Shown here: one piece after another, positions 54,284 to 61,595 of the stretch
Layout: the number at the start of each line of letters is the position of its first letter
How positions within the stretch are numbered: the first letter of the stretch is position 1
NCBI GenBank assembly: GCA_015067005.1
Contig: SVNH01000007.1
Coordinates: 41,410 to 105,409, forward strand
Direction of reading: 5' to 3'
Origin: Ruminococcus flavefaciens
Lineage (GTDB): Bacteria; Bacillota; Clostridia; Oscillospirales; Ruminococcaceae
DNA: 64,000 bases
Made by a program: the position numbers and the translations under genes
Notes under the pieces: model-generated
Databases searched by the model: none
What the model saw: only the letters and a program-made list of their open reading frames with translations
Told to the model about the DNA's origin: nothing

Positions 54284-55798
54284 TCATATTATCTGACAGC
54301 CGAAGCCCTGATCCATGTTATCGAGAACGTTTACCTGCAAAAGGAACAACGCATTTATAACTGATACTACCATATCGACCTTGCCGGCAGACTTCTTTTT
54401 GTTGACATACTGATTGAGGTTAGTATCCTGTGTACAGCGTGAGTTCTCGAAGTTTATCTCAAGCATCTGGTTTTCTTCATACCTGAACTTCTGACTGAGA
54501 ATATATTCTTTCAGCAGCTTTGTCGGACGATGAAGGGCGCTGGAATGCTGCTTGATCTCAACACATTCGATAGGCTCTTCTCCACTTTCATGTTTCTGAA
54601 CCGTAGATATAGCATTGTACCGGTCGAAACCTAACTGCACGATCTCCACACCGTATTTCTCCGGAAGTGACTGTATGAACCGCTCAACAAAGCCGTAATC
54701 TATGACTTCATCACCGCAGGCGAAGCAGTCACCATTGGAAATAAGTTTATTGTAGTTCACTTTTTCCTTCTGTGATTTCTTTTCTATGCTGTCAGCCGGA
54801 ATAAAGCCCCACACCTTTACATATATCAGATCCTCGATTTCGTCATATGCTGCCATAGCGACCGAAGTATTATCATCGGTCTGTGACAGATCAAGTCCGA
54901 TATAGACCTGCCTGCCACTCCAGAATCCATTATCTTTCGGAGCTTTACATAGCCTGACCTTCGTTATATCCACAAAGCCCTCAACTCCGAGTCCCTTGTA
55001 GAGAATGTTCATATGCTTGCACAGGAAATTCGGGCGGCTGTTCTCATAAAGGATGGCTTCCTGCCGCTTTTTCAGGAGTTCGGCAAACATATAGTCGTGT
55101 GCATAAGCCGCAGGATTTGCCTGATAAAGTGCAATGTCCGAGGTTTGCCAAATATCGCCTGTCTTAAACTCATCGTCCGGTTCATACAGCAGTGAGAAGC
55201 GTTTCTCATAGTCGTTCAGACCGTCAAGCGCCTTCTTTGACTTGTCGATTTCATCTATCATTGCATTATTATCGTTCGGATACTGCGTTGATATGATGAT
55301 ACCAAGCTTCTCTCTGAGTGCTATCTGCGATGAGCGCATAGCTTCAATGGGATAATTATCCATATCGCCGCACTCGTCAGCAAGGAACATATTCGCCTGT
55401 TTACCGTCAAGCCTGTCCTGAGAATACGCAAGAGGAGTAAACTCTGACTCTGTCAGCTTGCAGCGCACCTCCTTACGCATCAACTTGAATATCTTCTCGT
55501 CAGCTATGTAAGGACTTGATTTTATTATCTTCTTTACAGCATTGTGCAGCTCGCTTGACAGCTTCAGGTCAGGAGCTACACTGAAAAAGCGACTGAACTG
55601 TGGCTCTGTCAGGAGACCGATAATAAAAATGACCGCAGACGTGAACGTTTTGAAGTTCTTACGTGCGATCTCTAAAAGCCCTGTCTCATAATACCGCAGA
55701 TTATCACTCCTGCGCTTAGTACAAAACAGAGCATATATAAACAATACTGCATAATCTTCAAGTCCCTCGTACATTGAGTGACCGAGATCCGGGTGCAT
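54284..55798 (-). CDS. terL: terminase large subunit, possibly degenerate
   Basis: Terminase_1-like: LEIARKNFKTFTSAVIF (Walker-A position reads F where G is expected), FLADECGDMD. The frame stays open and homologous for 63 more codons up to ATT 55987 (IDIVKDSRAYKYALWCAESDNHYVGRYVKRQAEQW), with AAAGGAG 10 nt upstream, but there is no ATG/GTG/TTG there. Confidence 0.7.
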   Translation of the reverse strand: MHPDLGHSMYEGLEDYAVLFIYALFCTKRRSDNLRYYETGLLEIARKNFKTFTSAVIFIIGLLTEPQFSRFFSVAPDLKLSSELHNAVKKIIKSSPYIADEKIFKLMRKEVRCKLTESEFTPLAYSQDRLDGKQANMFLADECGDMDNYPIEAMRSSQIALREKLGIIISTQYPNDNNAMIDEIDKSKKALDGLNDYEKRFSLLYEPDDEFKTGDIWQTSDIALYQANPAAYAHDYMFAELLKKRQEAILYENSRPNFLCKHMNILYKGLGVEGFVDITKVRLCKAPKDNGFWSGRQVYIGLDLSQTDDNTSVAMAAYDEIEDLIYVKVWGFIPADSIEKKSQKEKVNYNKLISNGDCFACGDEVIDYGFVERFIQSLPEKYGVEIVQLGFDRYNAISTVQKHESGEEPIECVEIKQHSSALHRPTKLLKEYILSQKFRYEENQMLEINFENSRCTQDTNLNQYVNKKKSAGKVDMVVSVINALFLLQVNVLDNMDQGFGCQII

Positions 55799-56008
55799 GA
55801 TAAGCTTCAGAAGCTTTGTTATCTTCTTCCAGCGTTTCTCGCAGACGTATGCTGCGGCATTTTTACCGTTGACGACAGCGAGCCACTGCTCCGCCTGCCG
55901 TTTGACATACCGTCCGACATAGTGATTATCAGACTCTGCACACCACAGAGCATACTTGTATGCCCGGCTGTCCTTTACTATGTCAATTCTCAGTCAGCTC
56001 CTTTCTCT

Positions 56009-56062
56009 GTGCAGTTGACTGCACAAATGGGTATAAGAAAACCGCCTAATTACTTAGACGGT
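56009..56062 (-). repeat. 54-nt repeat, copy 2
   Basis: 53/54 identical to 50611-50664. It overlaps the last 4 codons and stop of 56050-56295 and lies directly upstream of the TerL SD. Confidence 0.9.
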
Positions 56063-56295
56063 AATCTGTCTTTATTCTGTTCGATAAGGTCATAGATATA
56101 GTCAGGAAGAGTACCGTTTTTCCACTGTTCGCGGTGCTGATTTTGGCTTCTATGATTGCAGCCTCCCTTATAGTCAGGATCTTCACGCTGAATAAGATCA
56201 TCAAACCAACCGCAAATAGGGCATAAATCAAAACTGTCCTTTTCTTCGAAATAGAACTGTCTGCAAACAGGACAAATCAAGTTTTCATCTTTCAT
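56050..56295 (-). CDS. Cys-rich CPCC-type small protein, immunity-like partner of cassette 1
   Basis: 81 aa: LICPVCRQFYFEEKDSFDLCPICGWFDD. The ATG overlaps the stop of 56292-56840 by 4 nt. Confidence 0.6.
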   Translation of the reverse strand: MKDENLICPVCRQFYFEEKDSFDLCPICGWFDDLIQREDPDYKGGCNHRSQNQHREQWKNGTLPDYIYDLIEQNKDRLPSK

Positions 56296-56840
56296 TCCTT
56301 TACACCTTCTGCTTTCTCGAAACGCTTATAGTATTCAACGCCTTCTCTTGGCTTAAACAAGGTTATTAGCCCTTTGTTAACATTTGCCTTAACATAGTCG
56401 TTTTTCTTGACATCATAACGGCAGATATGGCCTTCTTTGGTCTTATAACCTAAGATTTTCTTTCCGTCAGCAGCACTTTCAGCAAGCTCTACGCCCCGCT
56501 TTTCATATTGCTCTTTGGTCGTTATACCGTCAGGCTTGTATTCTTCAGCGTGTGTTCTGCCGTTCTGCCAGTGATTATTCAGCTTCTGCTTGCTTGGAAA
56601 GCCCTTTTTCCTAAGTTCATTCTTACCAGTAGCAGATACTTCCTCTGGCTTTATTATACCACTTTTCGCGGATTTGTCAATACTCTCGCCTGCTCCGCTG
56701 GAAGAACCTCCTCCGTCATCTCCGATCAGGATTTGCCTTCCGTTTTTAGTTATCCAGCCGCGAAGCTCAAGCCTGTGAGTTTCTATATCTATTGCTCTGA
56801 GTACGTGCTCGGCATAATCTATGAACCACTCCCTGCTCAC
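56292..56840 (-). CDS. effector-like protein (cassette 1): shared ELRGWIT linker + nuclease-toxin-like C-terminal domain
   Basis: GTG start with an AAGGAG SD 10 nt upstream. N-terminus ..IDYAEHVLRAIDIETHRLELRGWITKNGRQILIGDDGGGSSSGAG. C-terminus NNHWQNGRTHAEEYKPDGITTKEQYEKRGVELA..ILGYKTKEGHICRYDVKKNDYVKANVNKGLITLFKP. Confidence 0.6.
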   Translation of the reverse strand: MSREWFIDYAEHVLRAIDIETHRLELRGWITKNGRQILIGDDGGGSSSGAGESIDKSAKSGIIKPEEVSATGKNELRKKGFPSKQKLNNHWQNGRTHAEEYKPDGITTKEQYEKRGVELAESAADGKKILGYKTKEGHICRYDVKKNDYVKANVNKGLITLFKPREGVEYYKRFEKAEGVKE

Positions 56841-57096
56841 CTCTGCTCGTCTCCTTCGTTATCTTCGACATAGTTCATGCCCCTTTCAATCGTTATAGAA
56901 TGTGAGCCAAGAAACTTATTACTGCTCTTGTAAAAAAGCCAATAATAAACCATTTCCAAAATATCGATGCATAGTTTGTCTTCTTTCCTGCCGTACCAGT
57001 TGCGGCAGGATTTTTCATTTCCTGCTCCTGCTCTTCCTTTTCCACTCCTCCCCCTCCTTTCCTTTATCGCTGTGAGTGATTGCTTTTGGTTAGTTT

Positions 57097-57112
57097 GTCG
57101 CATTTACGCGAC
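57097..57112. promoter_or_regulatory. operator-like near-palindrome (second copy)
   Basis: TTTGTCGCATTTACGCGACT shares TTTGTCGCAT-N4-GCGACT with the site at 57338-57353. Confidence 0.4.
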
Positions 57113-57173
57113 TGTATCGCTAAAAAAAATTGATGTTGCTTCATCATAATTAAGAGAAAGAACCTCGATAAGT

Positions 57174-57317
57174 CTATCCGCTTCTCTTATCGTAAAATGA
57201 ATTGTTCTTCATTTTACGATAAAAAGTAGCCGGATTGATGCCTATATCAGCGGATACACATTCAACATTCTTGCCTTTTTCAACTATCTTTGCTTTTAAC
57301 TTTTGAACATTAAGCAT
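57174..57317 (-). CDS. Cro/excisionase-like small HTH protein
   Basis: 47 aa from ATG 57317 (AGAGGTGA SD): MLNVQKLKAKIVEKGKNVECVSADIGINPATFYRKMKNNSF. It diverges from the CI-like repressor gene. Confidence 0.6.
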   Translation of the reverse strand: MLNVQKLKAKIVEKGKNVECVSADIGINPATFYRKMKNNSFYDKRSG

Positions 57318-57337
57318 TGTATCACCTCTTGTCCTTT

Positions 57338-57353
57338 GTCGCATATATGCGAC
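57338..57353. promoter_or_regulatory. operator: perfect 16-bp palindrome in the switch region
   Basis: GTCGCATATATGCGAC lies between the leftward -10 box and the cro-like start. Confidence 0.55.
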
Positions 57354-57365
57354 TTTCTTGATATT

Positions 57366-57394
57366 ATAATACCACGCTCTCAAACGTTTGTCAA
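57366..57394 (-). promoter_or_regulatory. leftward (lytic) promoter
   Basis: Minus strand: TTGACA, 17 nt, TATTAT, with an overlapping TATAAT 3 nt further downstream. Confidence 0.55.
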
Positions 57395-57444
57395 TACCTT
57401 TTCGCACTTTTTGAGATTTTTTTTGTAAAGTTACATTTTCTCTA

Positions 57445-57473
57445 TTGCATTTTTGCGAATATCGTGTTATAAT
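57445..57473 (+). promoter_or_regulatory. rightward (repressor) promoter
   Basis: TTGCAT (57445-57450), 17 nt, TATAAT (57468-57473). Confidence 0.6.
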
Positions 57474-57502
57474 ACAAAAAACAGAAAAGTTGGTGATAGA
57501 TA

Positions 57503-58156
57503 ATGACTATTGGTGAAAGAATAAAGCAACGACGCAAAGAGCTTGGCTTGTCAGTCGATGAACTCGCTGAAATGCTCCATAAAAATCGTGCTACTATATA
57601 CAGATATGAAAGTAACGAAATTGAAAAGCTTCCAACCACTGTATTAGAACCATTAGCAAAAGCATTAGGTGTTACTCCAGCATACCTTATGGGTTGGGAA
57701 ATAGAACTCCGAGCTGTTGATCCTTTCGATGAACTTTACGCAAAATACGACAACATCAAGCCCATAAAGATGAAGCGCTTTCCGATGCTGGGCGAGATAG
57801 CCTGCGGAGAGCCTGTCTTTGCTGATGAAGATAAGGAACACTATATTATGGCAGATATGGATATCAACGCCGATTTCTGCCTTACCGCAAAGGGCGATAG
57901 CATGATTAACGCCCGTATATATGAGGGGGATATCGTTTTTATAAAGGAAATGCCTATGGTTGAAAACGGCGAGATCGCAGCTGTTATCATTGAGGATGAG
58001 GCTACGCTCAAACGTGTTTACTATTACAAAGAAGACAACCTGCTCCAGCTCGTTGCTGAGAACCCGAAGTATAAGCCTCTCGTCTATCAGAATGAGGATC
58101 TTGACCGCATACGCATCCTCGGCAAGGCGGTCTATTTTATGAGCGCGGTGGAATAA
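57503..58156 (+). CDS. CI/LexA-like phage repressor (XRE HTH + S24 peptidase)
   Basis: HTH: IKQRRKELGLSVDELAEMLHKNRATIYRYE. S24 domain: AKGDSMINARIYEGDIVFIK...ATLKRVY. Confidence 0.85.
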   Translation: MTIGERIKQRRKELGLSVDELAEMLHKNRATIYRYESNEIEKLPTTVLEPLAKALGVTPAYLMGWEIELRAVDPFDELYAKYDNIKPIKMKRFPMLGEIACGEPVFADEDKEHYIMADMDINADFCLTAKGDSMINARIYEGDIVFIKEMPMVENGEIAAVIIEDEATLKRVYYYKEDNLLQLVAENPKYKPLVYQNEDLDRIRILGKAVYFMSAVE

Positions 58157-58167
58157 GGAGGTAGCTT

Positions 58168-58740
58168 ATGAACATATACACGATAATAGGCGGAGTAAAC
58201 GGCGCAGGCAAGAGCAGTCTTTCCGGTGTTCTGACGGCTGAGAACTCAGACCTCGGTATCATCATCGACACCGACAAGCTCAATGCTTCATTCGGCGGCG
58301 ACCGCATAAAGGGCGGCAAGGCTGCAATAGCTCTGATAGATGACTGTCTCAGCAAACGTATAAACTTCACTCAGGAGACCACTCTCTCAGGCGTGAGAAC
58401 ACTGAAAACCATACAGAAAGCCCGTGAGCTCGATTACTTCATAAGACTTTACTATGTAGGCATCAGCTCCGCAAATGAGAGTATCAAGCGCATTAAGAAC
58501 CGTGTTGAAAAGGGCGGTCACGATATACCGTCCGCTGACGTTGAAAGACGTTACCTCAAGCGCTTTGATGACCTTGCAAAGGTGCTTCCCTACTGCAACG
58601 AGGTCAGATTTTTCGACAACGAGAACGGATTTGCAGAAAAAGCTGAGTACCGCAACGGTCAGCTCATAACCAAAGGCGGAGATATACCGCAGTGGCTCAC
58701 AGAGCTGAGAAAATATCTGGATAAAGGGGCAGAGATATGA
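58168..58740 (+). CDS. zeta-toxin-like P-loop kinase/ATPase (COG4185-type)
   Basis: Walker A IIGGVNGAGKSS; 190 aa; RVEKGGHDIP segment. AAGGAGG SD; starts 12 nt after the repressor stop. Confidence 0.65.
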   Translation: MNIYTIIGGVNGAGKSSLSGVLTAENSDLGIIIDTDKLNASFGGDRIKGGKAAIALIDDCLSKRINFTQETTLSGVRTLKTIQKARELDYFIRLYYVGISSANESIKRIKNRVEKGGHDIPSADVERRYLKRFDDLAKVLPYCNEVRFFDNENGFAEKAEYRNGQLITKGGDIPQWLTELRKYLDKGAEI

Positions 58741-59138
58741 ATATAGTAAAATATCCATCTGAGGAAGCCGTAAGCAAGGTAATGGCAGCAGACGAGCCGC
58801 TGCTGGTACTCATTTCCTTTAACGGTGAGACTGCCATTATGAGCCAGATAGATGAGGCTATGGAGCATCATATCCTGCTGATGAATGCCGGCTTCAAGGA
58901 TACCGACATCGACAAGTTCTTCCGCATAGTCCTCGACCGCAGCGGTGCAGACTGGACTTTCATCTGTCCGCCGGACTACAAGGGGATACCATTCAATGAT
59001 AAGCGCATAGAAGCGTTCTACAAGGACGGCTTTGCGGTAATATCAAACTTCCTGCACTCTATCGGATACCTTGTAGGTATAAATATCCCGAAGCGTTACA
59101 GACGGCATCTTGATGTCCTCAGCAATGACACATATTAA
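58737..59138 (+). CDS. hypothetical protein translationally coupled to the zeta-like ATPase
   Basis: 133-aa ORF. The ATG overlaps the upstream stop (ATGA). No motif recognised. Confidence 0.5.
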   Translation: MNIVKYPSEEAVSKVMAADEPLLVLISFNGETAIMSQIDEAMEHHILLMNAGFKDTDIDKFFRIVLDRSGADWTFICPPDYKGIPFNDKRIEAFYKDGFAVISNFLHSIGYLVGINIPKRYRRHLDVLSNDTY

Positions 59139-59190
59139 AATTCCCCCTGCCAAAAAACAGGAGTTCAAACCATAAAAGAGCTGATACAAC

Positions 59191-60204
59191 ATGAATGACA
59201 TAAACAAAGAAATGCAGTTTTTACTATACCATTCTGATGAAGATGATGTATCAGTAAACGCTGTCATTAAGAATGAAAGCATCTGGATAACACAAAATGC
59301 TATGGCGGAGCTGTTTGGCTGCTCTACTGATAACATTTCTCTTCATTTGAAGAATATATATTATGACGGAGAATTAAGTAAAGATTCAACTACCGAGAAA
59401 TTCTCGGTAGTTCAAAATGAGGGTGGCAGGGACGTTTCAAGAAATATTACTTTTTACAACCTCGACGCTATAATCTCCGTAGGCTACCGTGTGAACTCAC
59501 ACCGTGCTACGCGCTTCCGCATCTGGGCAACTTCTGTCCTTAAAGAATACATGATAAAAGGCTTTGCTATGGACGATGAACGTCTGAAACAAGGTGAAAC
59601 TGCTTTCGGTAAAGACTACTTCCGCGAACTCCTTGAAAGAGTACGCTCCATTCGTGCCAGTGAGCGCAGAATATGGCAGCAGATAACTGATATTTTCGCC
59701 GAGTGCAGCATAGACTACGATAAAAATTCAGATATAACTAAGAAGTTCTATGCAACTATTCAAAACAAGTTTCACTATGCAATAACTGGTCAGACAACTG
59801 CGGAGATAGTTTATTTCTCTGCCGACCATGAAAAAGACCACATGGGCTTGACCACATGGAAAAACGCTCCCGAAGGAAGAATACTAAAATCGGATACAAC
59901 AATAGCCAAGAATTACCTCGAAGCCGACCAGATCAGAAGCCTCGAACGCAGTGTGTCTTCCTATTTTGATTACATCGAAGGTCTTATAGAACGAGAGAAT
60001 ACATTTACCATGCTCGAATTCTCTGAAAGCGTTAACGCTTTCCTGTCTTTCAACAAATACGACATACTCAAGGACCAAGGACAGGTTTCTCACGCTGATG
60101 CTGAGAAAAAAGCTCACAGCGAGTATGATATTTTCAATAAAACTCAGAAAATCAAGTCAGACTTCGACAAGGAAATTGATAAAATGCTGAAAAGTAAAGA
60201 ATAA
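59191..60204 (+). CDS. RhuM-family protein
   Basis: IWITQNAMAELFGCSTDNISLHLKNIY...FYNLDAIISVGYRVNSHRATRFRIWATSVLKEYMIKGF is characteristic of RhuM. Confidence 0.75.
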   Translation: MNDINKEMQFLLYHSDEDDVSVNAVIKNESIWITQNAMAELFGCSTDNISLHLKNIYYDGELSKDSTTEKFSVVQNEGGRDVSRNITFYNLDAIISVGYRVNSHRATRFRIWATSVLKEYMIKGFAMDDERLKQGETAFGKDYFRELLERVRSIRASERRIWQQITDIFAECSIDYDKNSDITKKFYATIQNKFHYAITGQTTAEIVYFSADHEKDHMGLTTWKNAPEGRILKSDTTIAKNYLEADQIRSLERSVSSYFDYIEGLIERENTFTMLEFSESVNAFLSFNKYDILKDQGQVSHADAEKKAHSEYDIFNKTQKIKSDFDKEIDKMLKSKE

Positions 60205-60244
60205 AATAATCCCCCGCCGGTGCTGGAACACTAACGAGGGATAT

Positions 60245-60294
60245 GGACGTGCTATCACACATCACAACAATGTAATTATAGCACGTCCTTCTTG
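60245..60294 (+). terminator. possible terminator between the cargo genes and the integrase gene
   Basis: GGACGTGCTAT...ATAGCACGTCC 11-bp stem (22-nt loop) followed by TTCTT. Confidence 0.35.
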
Positions 60295-60326
60295 AAATGT
60301 CAAATTTTAGGAAGGTGGATTGAAAT

Positions 60327-61436
60327 ATGTTATGTATCAAATGCAAACGTGAACTGCCTGAAAACGCTGCATATTGCAGCTACTGCGGCAAGAAACAGAC
60401 CGCAAAGCAAACCGTGAAGCAGGCAAAGTATCATAAACGCGAACACGGCACTGGTACGATCCGCTGCGATAAGCGTTACAAAAAGCCGTGGATAGCTGTT
60501 GCGCCTGCCAGCAAATACGGACAAGGAAGACAGTACATAGGATGTTACGACACACGCCGTGAAGCTTCGGAGGCTCTGGACGACTTCATCAGGAACGGCA
60601 AGCCCACTCTTTACAACGCAACGGTCGGGAATATTTATGAAATGTGGTCTAAAACACATTTTAAGAGCGTTTCCGATTCGGCAGTACAATTATACTCTGT
60701 GATGTGGAAACGCTTCTCAGGCGTTCAGGATATGCCAATAAGGGAACTACGTACAGCCCACATACAAGAAATTGTTAATGCAGCGACCTCAAAGAGTTCT
60801 TGTGAGATCATCAAGACAATGGCTGTGATGCTCTGCAAGTTTGCTATGGAGAATGATATTGTTGCTAAAAACTATGCGGAATTTGTGAAAATCCCAAAGT
60901 TCAAGAAAAAAGAAAAACGCATTTTCACCCGGGAGGAAATCGCCCGGCTCTGGCAGCACTCAAATGATAAGAGAGTCCAGACAGTGCTTGTTATGATCTA
61001 TACCGGTTTCCGAGTAGGTGAAATACGAGCACTGACCAAGAGTAGTATACACTTACAAGAAGGATACATCGTCGGAGGGGAAAAAACCGAAGCCGGCAGA
61101 GATCGCATTGTCCCTATTCCACCGAGCATCCCTGAACTCAGATCCTTCATTGCTGACTGGCTGAGTTCGCCTTCGGAAAAAGTTTTTGATATTACTCCTC
61201 AGAAGTTCCGCACTGAGATATTCGATGCAGCTCTGAAGGAGGCAGGAATTGAGTCAAAAGGTCTCACACCACACAGCACTCGTCACACGTTCGCCTCTCT
61301 GAGTTCGTCAGCTGGTATCAAGCCTGAGAGTTTGCAGAAGATTATCGGTCACGCTAAGTTTGCCACGACAGCTGACATCTATATACATCAGGATCTCGCC
61401 AAGCTGATAGGCGAAATGAAAAAAATTACAAGGTGA
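60327..61436 (+). CDS. int: tyrosine integrase with N-terminal zinc ribbon
   Basis: CIKCKRELPENAAYCSYCG ribbon. The catalytic region has FRVGEIRAL, HSTRHTFAS and GHAKFATTADIYIH. The stop lies 1 nt before attR. Confidence 0.9.
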   Translation: MLCIKCKRELPENAAYCSYCGKKQTAKQTVKQAKYHKREHGTGTIRCDKRYKKPWIAVAPASKYGQGRQYIGCYDTRREASEALDDFIRNGKPTLYNATVGNIYEMWSKTHFKSVSDSAVQLYSVMWKRFSGVQDMPIRELRTAHIQEIVNAATSKSSCEIIKTMAVMLCKFAMENDIVAKNYAEFVKIPKFKKKEKRIFTREEIARLWQHSNDKRVQTVLVMIYTGFRVGEIRALTKSSIHLQEGYIVGGEKTEAGRDRIVPIPPSIPELRSFIADWLSSPSEKVFDITPQKFRTEIFDAALKEAGIESKGLTPHSTRHTFASLSSSAGIKPESLQKIIGHAKFATTADIYIHQDLAKLIGEMKKITR

Positions 61437-61437
61437 T

Positions 61438-61461
61438 TTTACACACAATTTTACACACAAT
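61438..61461. repeat. attR core candidate
   Basis: TTTACACACAATTTTACACACAAT; see attL. Confidence 0.75.
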
Positions 61462-61595
61462 TGAAGCGAAATATCGTCAAATCAGAAATAATGAAAGACG
61501 GTATTTCGCCATTTTTGCCTATATGCCGACCACTCCATTTAATGATTTCTTAATAATTGATATGTTAGAATGGATACAGAAAGTGAGGGAGCGCT

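Larger units (their letters stand above)
47202..61461. mobile_element. integrated, decayed siphovirus-type prophage (14,260 bp)
   Basis: Bounded by 23/24-nt direct repeats. The tyrosine integrase abuts the right repeat and the lysis cassette abuts the left. CI/Cro switch, TerL, portal and protease are present. The capsid gene is truncated after ~56 codons and joined to the tail endopeptidase gene. No tube, tape-measure, replication or small-terminase genes are seen. Confidence 0.85.

Noticed and set aside
56837-57103. An 88-aa minus-strand ORF (MRQTNQKQSLTAIKERRGRSGKGRAG...) considered as a possible small terminase.
   Set aside because: The N-terminal half is low-complexity and purine-rich, nothing resembles TerS, and a better-supported 41-codon ORF lies in another frame. 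It is left unannotated.
47202-61461. Alternative interpretations of the element as an intact inducible prophage or as a PICI-like satellite.
   Set aside because: An intact phage is excluded by the truncated capsid gene and the missing tail, connector and replication genes. A PICI is unlikely because the element encodes its own TerL, portal, protease, tail endopeptidase and lysis cassette, and has no primase/rep or capsid-size-redirection genes.
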